DNA of 64,000 nucleotides from Waterburya sp. (GCA_965217895.1 CBDCJV010000002.1:640001-704000); one strand, 5' to 3'; counted from the stretch's first letter, positions 1 through 12,378 are shown. Notes: generated by a model from the sequence alone, not told the origin. A program made the numbers and translations.

Positions 1-1442
1 CCCTGAGGACAAACATAAAAATCAAGTAGTTCTTTTCCCAAATCAGACAGAGGAGTATCAGAATTTTGTTCTTGTTCTGTCTTAATTTGCTGGGTAAGTT
101 CCTGCCAATTTTTATCTAACGGCACTTTAGCTAAAACTGAAGGAAGATCGTGTTTTGGAAGTTGCTCGTCTGATAATATTCTATTTTGATGATCGCGGAA
201 GCTAAGATATTGACGGCGACAGATTAAATCTTGATGATACCCAGCGTAAATTTGATAGATAGCAGAGTACCCTTTAGGATTAAAAAGCTCTCGCGGATCG
301 GCGGTATGCAGCATGGTTGCGAACCAACCTGGATGGATAAACACTTCTTGTTCAATTAGTTGAGCGTCTTGAATTGTTACCTTACGCAATACTCCAGGGT
401 CAAAGGCAAACATCCAAGGTATACCATGATATTCGGTTGTATAGCGATCGCCACTAAAGTGTCTGACATCGTTGGGTTTTATGGCTTCAGTTAAGCTAAT
501 GGTTGCCTGTTGGACGGCCACACAATAAGTTTTCTGCTTAATCTGATGATAGTTACATAAGAAGTGATAACTATCCCCAGCAAAAGTTATTAGACGTGAC
601 GGCACAGAGTCTGCTTTTTCGGTTAAATCTCGGCGGTTGACTAGATAAAGTTGCGTTTTTGGATAAGCCTGTTGAGGCGCAACTTTCACTCCCAATAACG
701 TCGCTACTCCCATCTGGAAAGGCATATCGGGAATCATAATAAACTCTTGGGTAACTATTGTCGTATGCGCGCTACCGTCAAGGATTGTACCTTCTATTTG
801 CCAGTGTTTTAAAGTGCCTTCCCCATCCCAAAGAGTAATATAGGGTTCACTAATCATATCGCTAAACAAACTTCCTGGACGGAGTTCTGACTTTAATTCA
901 CAGCTAATTAGTTCTTTAGTCTGAGAATCGTAAAAAGGGTGTGCCGTATTTGCCACCAAAGGAAAAAACGAGAGGGGAATAGAAACAATATGTTCGTCAA
1001 AATAGCCTATGGGAGTAGCAGTTTCTAGGGTAACTGGATCTACTTCCCAGTAACGCCCTGCATCGGCGGTGAGAATTAGCCTGCCGTCCATGTTGACCAT
1101 AGCAGTGTTAGCTATCTCGGCAATGCCAATCAGACCAAGCCTAGCAGGAAAAAATGCTTCTGGCAGTAGTTCAGTCAGGGGCGATTCTACTAAATGCCAA
1201 AGACTATCCCAAGTGTTCAATTTTTGGCTTTGGACTTTAATTCTTCCCTGTTGAGGCTGGAGATCCCACCTGATAACTACACCTTCTCCAGCAAATAAAT
1301 GGCGATCGCGTCGCCGATGGCAAGGTGCAACAATAAAAACATGACCCGCTAAATTCTCTGACCAATTCCCTTCAATCTTGGCATATTCACATAAGCTAGT
1401 TGAATTGGCAGAACTGCGAAACTTACTAACATCAACCAACAT
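1..1442 (-). CDS. Carotenoid oxygenase / lignostilbene dioxygenase (RPE65) family protein, runs off the window start
   Basis: Manual translation from ATG 1442: MLVDVSKFRSS...IEGNWSENLAGHVF...ANTAMVNMDGRLILTADAGRYWEVDPVTLET...NTAHPFYD; ANT, EVDPxTLET and TAHP motifs typical of the family; absent from the ORF track because it has no stop in the window. Confidence 0.8.
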   Translation of the reverse strand, partial: MLVDVSKFRSSANSTSLCEYAKIEGNWSENLAGHVFIVAPCHRRRDRHLFAGEGVVIRWDLQPQQGRIKVQSQKLNTWDSLWHLVESPLTELLPEAFFPARLGLIGIAEIANTAMVNMDGRLILTADAGRYWEVDPVTLETATPIGYFDEHIVSIPLSFFPLVANTAHPFYDSQTKELISCELKSELRPGSLFSDMISEPYITLWDGEGTLKHWQIEGTILDGSAHTTIVTQEFIMIPDMPFQMGVATLLGVKVAPQQAYPKTQLYLVNRRDLTEKADSVPSRLITFAGDSYHFLCNYHQIKQKTYCVAVQQATISLTEAIKPNDVRHFSGDRYTTEYHGIPWMFAFDPGVLRKVTIQDAQLIEQEVFIHPGWFATMLHTADPRELFNPKGYSAIYQIYAGYHQDLICRRQYLSFRDHQNRILSDEQLPKHDLPSVLAKVPLDKNWQELTQQIKTEQEQNSDTPLSDLGKELLDFYVCPQ

Positions 1443-1803
1443 AATAAGATACTCCTAAAGTCTCCAAGAATCTAAGCAGTGAAAAAAACTTCAATTATCT
1501 TCATTAAATACGTGTATAAGACTTGATTTATGCCTTTTTATTAATCTGTGACTCAATTAATACTCGTATTTGAGATCTGATATTTCATCTTAGTTTTACT
1601 TTTAGTATTCCAATCTCATAAAGCTCATAAAAAAACTCATATATTCTTACTTAAACTGCATTTCCTCGCTTCCACTCGCTTGTTAAACCCCCTAGTTTTT
1701 AGTTATCTGTTTGAGAGAGTAGGGATGATCCTAAATCCGATTGATAAAGGTAGTTATCCACTTTCTGACCTCTGACCTCTGACCAGCGATCGCCATAAAT
1801 TCG

Positions 1804-2301
1804 TCAAAGCAGAAATTGTAATTGCTTTTCCATTAAATAATTCTTAAAAGTTTCTCCTCTACAAGCTACCTGTTGTTCTTTAACTATGCTAAATCCTTGC
1901 TTGATGAAAAATGCTTGAGCGGTAATGCTAGCTTCAGTAAATAAACGAATTAAATTTAACTCTACAGCTTTATTTTCTATGGCTTTATATATTTTTTCGC
2001 CAACTCCTTGACGTTGATAGTTACAATGACAATAAAAGAAATCAATGTGACCATTTGCTTCTAATTCGCCAAAACCAATTATTTTACTATCTTTTTCAGC
2101 CACATAAGTAAATCTGCTCAAACATATTTCCAGCCAATTTCTGAAATAAATATCATTAGGTGACCAAGCTTCAACCTGTTCTTGAAAATAGTCTTGAATA
2201 TTTATATATCTAACCGTATCGTGAAATAGTTGGGCTATTTGTTCAGTATCTTCTGGTTGAAACAATCTAATTTTCATCATAGCTACAAAATGTAATTTCA
2301 C
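1804..2301 (-). CDS. GNAT family N-acetyltransferase (YafP-like)
   Basis: YQRQGVG acetyl-CoA motif, EASITAQAFF motif; real start probably a downstream Met. Confidence 0.85.
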   Translation of the reverse strand: MKLHFVAMMKIRLFQPEDTEQIAQLFHDTVRYINIQDYFQEQVEAWSPNDIYFRNWLEICLSRFTYVAEKDSKIIGFGELEANGHIDFFYCHCNYQRQGVGEKIYKAIENKAVELNLIRLFTEASITAQAFFIKQGFSIVKEQQVACRGETFKNYLMEKQLQFLL

Positions 2302-2362
2302 CTTAGCTAATAGCTAACGGCTAAGAGCTACGAACAGAATTATTATGTATGTCATTACTGTC

Positions 2363-2460
2363 TTGAACGAGTTGCTCATTGAGGGAAAGCCAAGGCGCGT
2401 TTTGAGTGAGAAGTTTCCCACTCAAAAGCCGCCGTCCCAAGACCGCACTCGTTCGCTAAA
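2363..2460. repeat. Nested palindromic small dispersed repeat (SDR-like) element
   Basis: Outer arms GAACGAGTTGC / GCACTCGTTC and inner hairpin TTTTGAGTG...CACTCAAAA; GC-rich in an AT-rich spacer. Confidence 0.55.
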
Positions 2461-2491
2461 TCAGCAACGCCAAATTTTTTTGGTTAAAGTC

Positions 2492-4807
2492 TTATTCCAC
2501 TTTTTCCATTGGAGCAATTTTTGGGATGATTTTAGTTACTCCCATGCTCAGAAATTTAACTGCTAGAGTTGCCTTTTTGCCACTACCTAAAATATGAGTA
2601 ACTTCGCCGTCTCCAAACTCATGATGCAAGACGCGATCGCCTACACTCCAGTCAATATCAATAGCTTGAGAAGTTCTTTCGGCGCGGTTACGGCGACGAT
2701 AGGTAGTTGCCAAATTAATATTACTGCTAATTAATTCTCCTGGAAGCTCCTGCAAAAACTGGGAGGATACCGCAGGTTCTCTTGTTCCCCAAAGACGGCG
2801 TTCTCTGGCGTAGGTAAGAAATAACTGTTCTTGAGCGCGAGTTACCCCTACATAACATAGACGACGCTCTTCTTCTATTTCCAAAGGATCGTTCAAAGTT
2901 CGATTGTGGGGTAACAAACCTTGTTCCATACCTACTAGAAAAACTACAGGAAATTCTAAACCTTTAGCTGAATGTAGGGTCATCATCGAGACTTTTTGCT
3001 GTTCTTCGTTCAAATTATCTAAATCTGAGGAGAGAGATGCACTAGCCAGAAATGCTTCTAAGCTATTTTCTTCATTATCTTCCTGAAACTGCTGCACCGC
3101 GTTATATAATTCGTAAATGTTAGCAATACGGTTATCGGCTTCGTCTGTACCCTGTTGCTGTAGTTCTGTGACGTAGCCTGTCTGTTCGATAATCTGACTT
3201 AAAACTTCTGCTGCCGTGAGGTTTTCAAGCTGATCCTTAGTTGCTTGGATCATTCGGGCAAACTCATTTAGAGATTTTGCTGCTCGTCCTCCCATAGTGT
3301 TAACCGAGGTTTCGTCGTTCACAATTTCCCATAAAGGTATGCCCATTTGCTGTGAGGCATTCATCAATCTATCCATGGTTGTTTTACCGATACCACGACG
3401 GGGAGTATTGATAATTCGCAGTAGGCTAACGGTATCTTCGGGGTTCACTATAAGGCGTAAATAAGCGATCGCATCTTTGACTTCTTTGCGGTCATAAAAC
3501 TTTAAACCGCCGACAATATTATAAGGAATATTATTGTGTAACAGTAAATCCTCAAAGGGACGAGACTGAGCATTAGTGCGATACAAAATAGAAAAATCAC
3601 CCCAGTCTATTTCAGGATGATTTTCTTTAATCTGCTTTATTTGCTGCACTACAAACCGCGCTTCTTCCTGCTCTTCATCGGCTTTGTGCAGGTAAATTTG
3701 TTCGCCCACACCTCTTGTCGGCTTAAGAACTTTATCAATCCGTTGGCTATTGTGAGCAATGAGATGATTCGCTGCCTGTAATATATTCTCGCGGGAACGA
3801 TAATTCTCTTCCAGCTTAATCATAGTGCGGGTATCTTCATCGGCTAGACCATCACCAAAATCTTTTTGAAAATCTAGCAGAATCGTAAAGTCAGCTAAAC
3901 GGAAAGAATAAATTGACTGATCTGCATCTCCTACTACAAAAAGCGATCGCCTATTCCAATTCCACTCGCTCTTATTTGTCTCTCCATTAGTTGCCAGCAG
4001 TCGAATCAAGTCATACTGAATACGGTTAGTATCCTGATATTCATCAACTAAAATGTGCTGAAATTGCGTATGCCAATAGCCCAAAATTGATTCATTTTGC
4101 TGAAAAAGCTTAACAGGAACCCAGATTAAATCATCAAAATCCAAGGCATTGTTTGCTGCCAACCGCGACTGATATTCGTTATAAATTTCTGAAACTACGC
4201 GCCCACGATAACCAGGCTCTTGTTTAGCAAAGTCATCTGGAGTCAAACCCTGATTTTTAGCATTACTAACAATGTATCTAATCTTTTTAGGATCGAACTT
4301 TTTGTTATCTAGATTTAATTCTTTAGTAACAATATTCTTAAATAGACTTTGCACATCCGACTCATCAAAGATCGAAAAATTGCGTTTCCAAGTGCGCCCG
4401 CGTTCATCTTGGTATTTATTAATATCAAAGCGCAGTAGCTTGGCAAATAAACTATGAAAAGTACCAATCCACAGCTTTTTGGTTGTTCTTTTATATACCC
4501 TCGATTTTAGAGCCTTTTGCTCATACTCTGTCAAAAACTCCAGCCGTTGACCATGGTGTTCTAAAGCTAACTCCGTGGCAAAGATATATTCAATCCTTTC
4601 CCGCATCTCCCGGGCAGCTTTATTTGTAAAGGTAACTGCCAAAATATGCTCTGGATCTGTCTTTTGGTTACGAATCAAATTAGCAATGCGATAGGTCAAC
4701 GCCCTGGTTTTACCCGAACCTGCCCCCGCAACTACCAACATTGGCCCACAGTAATGCTCTACAGCAAGGCGTTGTGAAGGATTAAGTTGGCTCAGAAAGT
4801 CAGACAT
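2492..4807 (-). CDS. pcrA: ATP-dependent DNA helicase PcrA/UvrD
   Basis: AGAGSGKT Walker A, VDEYQD, ENYRS, TLHSAKGLEF, EERRLCYVGVTRA, C-terminal Tudor-like domain. Confidence 0.95.
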   Translation of the reverse strand: MSDFLSQLNPSQRLAVEHYCGPMLVVAGAGSGKTRALTYRIANLIRNQKTDPEHILAVTFTNKAAREMRERIEYIFATELALEHHGQRLEFLTEYEQKALKSRVYKRTTKKLWIGTFHSLFAKLLRFDINKYQDERGRTWKRNFSIFDESDVQSLFKNIVTKELNLDNKKFDPKKIRYIVSNAKNQGLTPDDFAKQEPGYRGRVVSEIYNEYQSRLAANNALDFDDLIWVPVKLFQQNESILGYWHTQFQHILVDEYQDTNRIQYDLIRLLATNGETNKSEWNWNRRSLFVVGDADQSIYSFRLADFTILLDFQKDFGDGLADEDTRTMIKLEENYRSRENILQAANHLIAHNSQRIDKVLKPTRGVGEQIYLHKADEEQEEARFVVQQIKQIKENHPEIDWGDFSILYRTNAQSRPFEDLLLHNNIPYNIVGGLKFYDRKEVKDAIAYLRLIVNPEDTVSLLRIINTPRRGIGKTTMDRLMNASQQMGIPLWEIVNDETSVNTMGGRAAKSLNEFARMIQATKDQLENLTAAEVLSQIIEQTGYVTELQQQGTDEADNRIANIYELYNAVQQFQEDNEENSLEAFLASASLSSDLDNLNEEQQKVSMMTLHSAKGLEFPVVFLVGMEQGLLPHNRTLNDPLEIEEERRLCYVGVTRAQEQLFLTYARERRLWGTREPAVSSQFLQELPGELISSNINLATTYRRRNRAERTSQAIDIDWSVGDRVLHHEFGDGEVTHILGSGKKATLAVKFLSMGVTKIIPKIAPMEKVE

Positions 4808-4969
4808 TTTGCAAGGATGAGAAACTATAAAGGGATGAGGGTGGAAGTATAAGGATTAAAGATGAAATAAATAATTCCTGGTTGTCTATGTTATCAAGAT
4901 TTTGATTTTAAAACTCAACATACCCCTCTTTTGTCATACCAAATTAAATTGTATCCGCTACAGATTAAT

Positions 4970-4999
4970 TGTAAGGGTGAACGGTCGTTCGCCCTTACA
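4970..4999. repeat. REP-like palindrome
   Basis: TGTAAGGGTGAACG-GT-CGTTCGCCCTTACA; related copies at 36565 and 54352. Confidence 0.7.
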
Positions 5000-5026
5000 G
5001 AAAACTTTACGAAAATTAAACACAAT

Positions 5027-5071
5027 CAAAAAAAAGCAAAAAGAGATGTTTTTAAAAGGACATCCCTTTTT
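5027..5071 (-). terminator. Probable intrinsic terminator of glgP
   Basis: Minus strand AAAAAGGGATGTCC..AAACATCTCTTTTT followed by a T-run, just after the glgP stop. Confidence 0.55.
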
Positions 5072-5091
5072 ATTGGTTAAAAATTTATAAT

Positions 5092-7659
5092 TTATTGCTC
5101 GTGATTGATTACGCTGTTTTCTTGGCTGTATGCTTCTAAACTGATTTCAACTGGTTTTAAATCCCAGATTTGCTCACAGTATTCTTTGATAGTGCGATCG
5201 CTAGAAAACTTACCCATTCTCGCCGAATTAAGAATAGACATTTTTGTCCACTTGTCTTTGTCTTTATAGGTTTGGGAAACCATATCTTGACAATAAATAT
5301 ATGCCTGATAGTCTGCCAAGAGCATATATGGATCGTCATAAAGCAAAGAATCAACAATTGGCTTAAATAGCTTAGTATCACCATAGCTAAAATCACCATT
5401 GGCAACGCGATCGATTACCGCCTTCAATTCTTCATTGCTATTGTAATAAGCCATGGGATCGTAACCTTCTGCCTTCATTTTGTATACTTCTTCAGCAGTC
5501 AAACCAAACAAGAAAAAGTTATCCGCGCCAGCTTCTTCGCGGATTTCAATATTTGCACCATCTAAAGTACCAATAGTTAAAGCACCATTCATGGCAAACT
5601 TCATGTTACCTGTACCAGAAGCTTCTTTTCCTGCGGTAGAAATCTGTTCTGATAAATCAGCAGCAGGATAAATTTTTTGTCCCAAGGAAACATTAAAGTT
5701 AGGCAAGAAAACAACTTTTAAACGTCCTTTGACATCAGGATCTTTGTTAACGACTTCTCCTACGGCGTTGGCAAATTTAATGATCAACTTTGCCATAAAG
5801 TAACCAGGTGCAGCTTTGCCACCAAAGATAAAGGTACGAGGCACGATATCAATATTGGGGTTTTGCTTGATGCGATTGTAGAGAGTAATAATGTGCAGCA
5901 CCATCAAGTGTTGACGTTTATATTCGTGAATCCGTTTAACTAGAACATCAAATATCGAATCAACGTTAACGTCAATATTTTTAATTTTTTTGATTTGTGC
6001 AGCTAGGGAAATTTTATTTTTGCGCTTAATTTCCCGCCATTCCTGGCAAAATTCAGGATCGTCAAGAAAGTTCTCCAATACTCTCATCTCGTCTAGGTTT
6101 TTTAACCAGCTATCGCCTTTGGTTTTTTCCGTGACTAATTTTGCCAATCGAGGATTACTTAAGAGAATCCAGCGACGGGGAGTGACACCATTAGTTTTAT
6201 TAAAGAATTTTTCAGGCCAAAGTTTGGCAAAACCTTGAAGCGTGTATTTTTGGAGTAATTGCGTGTGTAGTGCAGCTACACCGTTAATAGCATGACTACC
6301 AACACAGGCTAAGTTTGCCATGCGAACTTTTTTTTCTGCGCCTTCTTCAATGATCGAAAGCTCAGAAGCAAGCTCCTGATCGTCAGGAAACCAGGTGCGA
6401 ATATCTTCTAAGAAACGATGATTAATCTCGTAAATGATTTCAATATGTCTGGGTAGCATTCTACCGAACAAGCTGACTGACCATCTTTCTAAAGCTTCTG
6501 GTAGTAAAGTGTGATTTGTATATGCCAAAGTCTTTTGCGTAATATCCCAAGCCTGATCCCAGTCTATACTGTGTTCATCAATCAACAAGCGCATCAACTC
6601 TGCTACGGCTACTGCTGGGTGGGTATCGTTTAGCTGAATTGCTGCTCGTTCGTGGAAGTTGCTGAGATTAGGATGAACATGAAGGTGAATCTGAATTAAG
6701 TCTTGCAAAGAGGCAGAGACAAAGAAATACTGCTGCGCCAGACGTAGTTCTTTACCCTGTGGGGTATTGTCGTTGGGATACAGCACTTTAGAAATCGTTT
6801 CCGAACTCATTTTTTCGCCTACGGCGCGGTCATAGTTACCTGCATTAAATGCCTCAAAGTTAAATTCTTCACTGGCTTCAGCTTTCCATAACCGTAGGGC
6901 GTTAACAGTATTGGTGCGATATCCTGGTACTGGCGTATCATAGGGAACTGCTTTGACTTTGCGATCGCAAATCCAGCTAACGCGACTGTTTCCTTTTTCA
7001 TCGCGATAGGCTTCAGTATGTCCACCTAGCTTAATTTCCACTGAATCTTCAGGACGAGCAATCTCCCAGGGATTTTGGAACATTAACCAGTTATCAGGAA
7101 TTTCTGCTTGCCAGCCGTCTCTTAACGCCTGATGGAAGATTCCAAATTCATAGCGGATACCGTAACCAATAGCTGGCATTTCTAAATTAGCCAAAGAATC
7201 AAGGAAACAGGCAGCCAATCTACCCAAACCACCGTTACCTAAACCAGGATCGGGTTCTTGTTCGATTAGGTCTTCGATATCCAAACCTGATTCATGGACT
7301 ACCTGACGCATCTTTTCGTAAATACCCAGAGAAATGAGGTTGTTTTCCAAATGACGACCCATCAAAAACTCTGCCGAGAGATAAGAAACTACCTTGACGT
7401 TTTCTTCGTAGTAGGTGCGTCCTGTTTTAATAAAGCGGTGTAACAAGCGATCGCGTACCGTATATGCTAATGCTTGATAGTAATCGTGAAGAGTGGCAGT
7501 AGATTCATCTTTTCCCTGGAGATAAAACAAATTGTCGGCAAAGGCTCGTTTGAGAGTCTCCACGCTCATTCCTGTGCGATCGTCTTCTATCTGAATATTT
7601 TGTGCCAAATTGCTAGTAGCAACAGTTTGATTAAGCTTTTGAGAAGATTTTGTTTCCAT
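5092..7659 (-). CDS. glgP: Glycogen/starch phosphorylase
   Basis: GLGNGGLGRLAACF, QLNDTHP, KRIHEYKRQ, EASGTGNMKF PLP-lysine motif. Confidence 0.97.
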   Translation of the reverse strand: METKSSQKLNQTVATSNLAQNIQIEDDRTGMSVETLKRAFADNLFYLQGKDESTATLHDYYQALAYTVRDRLLHRFIKTGRTYYEENVKVVSYLSAEFLMGRHLENNLISLGIYEKMRQVVHESGLDIEDLIEQEPDPGLGNGGLGRLAACFLDSLANLEMPAIGYGIRYEFGIFHQALRDGWQAEIPDNWLMFQNPWEIARPEDSVEIKLGGHTEAYRDEKGNSRVSWICDRKVKAVPYDTPVPGYRTNTVNALRLWKAEASEEFNFEAFNAGNYDRAVGEKMSSETISKVLYPNDNTPQGKELRLAQQYFFVSASLQDLIQIHLHVHPNLSNFHERAAIQLNDTHPAVAVAELMRLLIDEHSIDWDQAWDITQKTLAYTNHTLLPEALERWSVSLFGRMLPRHIEIIYEINHRFLEDIRTWFPDDQELASELSIIEEGAEKKVRMANLACVGSHAINGVAALHTQLLQKYTLQGFAKLWPEKFFNKTNGVTPRRWILLSNPRLAKLVTEKTKGDSWLKNLDEMRVLENFLDDPEFCQEWREIKRKNKISLAAQIKKIKNIDVNVDSIFDVLVKRIHEYKRQHLMVLHIITLYNRIKQNPNIDIVPRTFIFGGKAAPGYFMAKLIIKFANAVGEVVNKDPDVKGRLKVVFLPNFNVSLGQKIYPAADLSEQISTAGKEASGTGNMKFAMNGALTIGTLDGANIEIREEAGADNFFLFGLTAEEVYKMKAEGYDPMAYYNSNEELKAVIDRVANGDFSYGDTKLFKPIVDSLLYDDPYMLLADYQAYIYCQDMVSQTYKDKDKWTKMSILNSARMGKFSSDRTIKEYCEQIWDLKPVEISLEAYSQENSVINHEQ

Positions 7660-7897
7660 GTTTGCCTAGATTATAGTGTCTGAATGAATAATTGCTGAGG
7701 TTATTGAGTAATTTTTAAAAAACCTTTGTAGGGGCAAATGTCTAGATTAAATTTCATATAACCTGTTTTATGTACTTATATATTGCCATGCCAAATTTAA
7801 TTCGACTGTTTACAGGTTACTACTAGATTTGCGATTAAAGCCTGGGAGCAATCCAAGCCTTAATTTTTGGTTTAGAAACTCAACTGAAGGATAAGGA

Positions 7898-9202
<1,305 letters not shown>

Positions 9203-9481
9203 TTAAGTTTCTAATTATCTATTTCTTTCGTAATGCAAGCGAAAATTAATATATCTTTTTTTGAGACAATCAGGTTAATCAATAGCTACAAATCTACCCG
9301 ATCGCAAAAAATGCACTTTAGTCTACTTTTTACATCAGTGCAAAACTATAGGTCAAGCACCAAGTATAGAATAGATAAATATTGCATACTGTCTAGATCT
9401 ATACAGCAATTAACATTTCTGTTTTCTGAGCTACTATCGCTACAATCAAATTAATCCCACTATTGTAGTAACCTGAATTCA

Positions 9482-10279
9482 ATGAACAATAAACCTGAAG
9501 AAAATATTGATTTAGGTCGCACTATGTTTAATAAAGCTGCGGAAATGGCGATCGCAACTCAAGTAGAATCTGCTAAAAACATCAAAATCAAGGTTGATAG
9601 TCAAGCGTCTCAAACAATTCAGGGAAAAGCAGAGTCTGTAGAATTTTTGGGCGAAAAAGTTGTTGCTTTTAAAGATATTCAGCTAGAACAAATAAACATC
9701 ACTTCTGATAATATTTCTCTCGATCTAACTCAGGCACTCTTAGGCAAAATTGCTTTTGAACAGCCAGGCAACTTTAAGGTCAAAATCATCTTTACTGAAT
9801 CAGATTGCGATCGCTTATTAAATTCGGAATATGTCAGGATTCTCTTACAAAGTTTGGCTTTAGAGATAAATCACTCCTCAGCAAATTTTTATCTCCAGCA
9901 GGCGAAATGTCATTTAAACGACAACGGTAAAGTATCTTTAACAGCCACTAACGTTTTAAATCGAGAACAACAAATTAAAACGGCAGAATTTCAAATTGCC
10001 CTTCAGTTTAAACAAGATGGTGCAGTAATTAAGTTTAAAGGCGGTAAATATTTAGACAAACAGAGTTTAGATTTAGACGAAACAGTAGCCATCATGAACA
10101 AAGTGCGGGATATACTTTATCTGCGTCACTTCTCTAATGCTGACTTGGCTATCGACATTACCAAGATTGAAATTGAAGCCCAAAAGCTTACTTTACAGGG
10201 AAATATGCAAATCAAAAAATTACCTGATTCTCTGGCTGAGTCAATTAAGTCTGTCGCTTCCGAAATAAATGACGCTTAG
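9482..10279 (+). CDS. DUF2993 / LmeA-like phospholipid-binding family protein
   Basis: Cyanobacterial pattern (ALLGKI..EQP, FTESDCDRLLNSEY). Confidence 0.65.
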   Translation: MNNKPEENIDLGRTMFNKAAEMAIATQVESAKNIKIKVDSQASQTIQGKAESVEFLGEKVVAFKDIQLEQINITSDNISLDLTQALLGKIAFEQPGNFKVKIIFTESDCDRLLNSEYVRILLQSLALEINHSSANFYLQQAKCHLNDNGKVSLTATNVLNREQQIKTAEFQIALQFKQDGAVIKFKGGKYLDKQSLDLDETVAIMNKVRDILYLRHFSNADLAIDITKIEIEAQKLTLQGNMQIKKLPDSLAESIKSVASEINDA

Positions 10280-10476
10280 TGTGAATTAGCTTCGCTCTAA
10301 TTTACTAGTTTTTTAGCTATCAGCTATTAGCTCTTAGCCCTTAGCTTTAGAAAACTACGTGAAAATTCATCACTTTTTATAGCTTAGGAGGCGTGTTTAT
10401 TCTTCTGCAACTCGAAAAAGCCAATATTTCCATAACCAAAGCTATCCTAAAAGCAAGTTTTAATTCACACCAGACG
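10272..10476. mobile_element. MITE-like element with imperfect terminal inverted repeats
   Basis: ACGCTTAGTGTGAATTA ... TAATTCACACCAGACGT enclosing degenerate TTAGC heptamer repeats. Confidence 0.4.
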
Positions 10477-10608
10477 TAAATGATAATTAATTATTTCTAA
10501 ATAAAAATTTTAGATGTCAGTTTTAAGCTTCTACGATTAAACTAAGTGGTCTAAAGTTTTAAAATAATCTAGAGGACGAATATAAAATATCGTTAGGAGT
10601 ATAGGCAA

Positions 10609-11112
10609 TTGACAGAACAACATAGGCAAGTTCCTCAGCTACCAAAACTACCTACTTCAGCTATTGAGCCAGAGCAAGGGTTAGAGGCTCAAAGTCAAGG
10701 ATGGTTTGAGTATCCAGTCAAAGCTCAACCCCACCACACAGATTATGCTGGTATTGTCTGGCACGGTACATATTTGACCTGGATGGAAGAGGCTAGGGTA
10801 GAGTATTTACGCTCTATTGGCGTTGAATTTGCCGATTTAGTAGCGTTAGGTTGCGATTTGCCAGTAGTTGAAGTGTCCCTACGCTATCACTTGCCAATTC
10901 GCTTAGGAGTATCAGCAATAGTCAAAACTCGTCTAATAGAAACCAAAGGAGTTCGCATTAACTGGGATTATGAAATTCAGTCATACAACAGGGAAGAATT
11001 ATTTGTCTCAGGAACAGTTGTTTTAGTCGGAGTAGATCGAGAGAAAGGCAAAATCATGCGCCAACTTCCCCCTGTAGTCCAAGATGCTTTGGTCAAACGC
11101 ACTATACTCTGA
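10609..11112 (+). CDS. Acyl-CoA thioesterase (4HBT/YbgC family)
   Basis: TDYAGIVWHGTYLTWMEEAR hotdog thioesterase motif. Confidence 0.9.
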   Translation: MTEQHRQVPQLPKLPTSAIEPEQGLEAQSQGWFEYPVKAQPHHTDYAGIVWHGTYLTWMEEARVEYLRSIGVEFADLVALGCDLPVVEVSLRYHLPIRLGVSAIVKTRLIETKGVRINWDYEIQSYNREELFVSGTVVLVGVDREKGKIMRQLPPVVQDALVKRTIL

Positions 11113-11779
11113 TTAAAGTTACAGCAATATTACCGCCAAAACATACGTCTACATCTGTTCCAGAAGTGCGATCGCGCTTGGCGTATTCTCCTTGATAATA
11201 ATACATATCTTCTTCAACTCGAAAATCTACAGGCAGGGGCGCAGTACTAGGCTCGCAGAGAATAATTTTAGGTTCGGGCTGATCTGGTTCTAAATGGGGT
11301 AAATTAACATTCCAAAAACTATTAGGAGGGGAAGGACGAGGTAACAAGTCTTCAAGTACTTTACTTGTCCACAGAGTAGCCACTTCCCAATCAATCAGCA
11401 AAGGTTTTTTAATCCAATGAGAAATAGCAACACCAGGAATACCGTGAATTGCAGCTTCTCTTACCGCAGCCACCGTCCCTGAAATATAAACATCTACACC
11501 AAGATTTCCCCCCGCGTTAATTCCTGACAGGACTAGTTTAGTATTTGTAGCTATTTGCTTAATTGCTAAGCGGGTACAGTCAACAGGAGTACCCTCTAGG
11601 GCATATTCTGTGTTCGATCTGCGTTCTAGCTTAATTCCTCGCTGGGTAGTTACCCGATGTCCGCAACCCGAATGCGGTTTCTTGGGAGCAACAATTATAG
11701 TTTCTCCTGTGACGGCCTTTTGTAAGGCACAAATCCCAGGTGCGTCGATCCCATCGTCGTTAGTCAAAATAATTGTCAT
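11102..11779 (-). CDS. surE: 5'/3'-nucleotidase SurE
   Basis: ILTNDDGIDAPG, GTPVDC, SGINAGGN, SGTVAA. Confidence 0.95.
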   Translation of the reverse strand: MTIILTNDDGIDAPGICALQKAVTGETIIVAPKKPHSGCGHRVTTQRGIKLERRSNTEYALEGTPVDCTRLAIKQIATNTKLVLSGINAGGNLGVDVYISGTVAAVREAAIHGIPGVAISHWIKKPLLIDWEVATLWTSKVLEDLLPRPSPPNSFWNVNLPHLEPDQPEPKIILCEPSTAPLPVDFRVEEDMYYYQGEYAKRDRTSGTDVDVCFGGNIAVTLIRV

Positions 11780-11844
11780 GGAGTGATTGATAATTGATAA
11801 TTGATTTATTGTCCCAAATAAGCTTTTAGTACTGACTCATTATT

Positions 11845-12201
11845 TTAAATCTCTTCAGGCATACCTTCTGCTAAAATCCAAAGGCGATCGCCTAAACTCA
11901 TAATTACATCCATGTTGTGTTCAATTACTAAAAAAGAAATTCCCTGCTGATTCGAGCTAACTATATGTTCGCAGATTTGATTGATTAAAGTCGGATTGAC
12001 CCCTGCTGCAAGTTCATCTAATAAAATTAGATAGTAAATCAAATAAATAAAGTCGTTTTACCTGCTCCGTTTAGACCAATTAAGCCCATAATACTGCCAT
12101 AATTATTCTAGATGAGCATTATTTACTACTTTAATTCCACCAAAGCTTTTAGACAGTTTTGTTGCCTGAAGTAATGATTTGGCTGATAATTTTTTTGGCA
12201 C
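11845..12201 (-). pseudogene. Branched-chain/neutral amino acid ABC ATPase (LivG/NatA-like) remnant with a large internal deletion
   Basis: Fragments LSKSFGGIKVV*, GLIGLNGAGKTTLF (Walker A), then directly LILLDELAAGVNP (Walker B) and IEHNMDVIM; stop, frameshifts and missing middle. Confidence 0.8.
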
Positions 12202-12378
12202 GACTCAATCAAATAAATTATGTTTGTTTGATAGTTTAAATAAATTACCAAAAATTTCTGTTTGATTCTCAAAGAAATCAAACACAATGACAACTAAGTA
12301 AGTGTCCCGCCTTCAACACACATTTTGTTAAAGAAAAATTAAGCTGGTAAATAGAATGAATATAATCTTAGTTCATTA

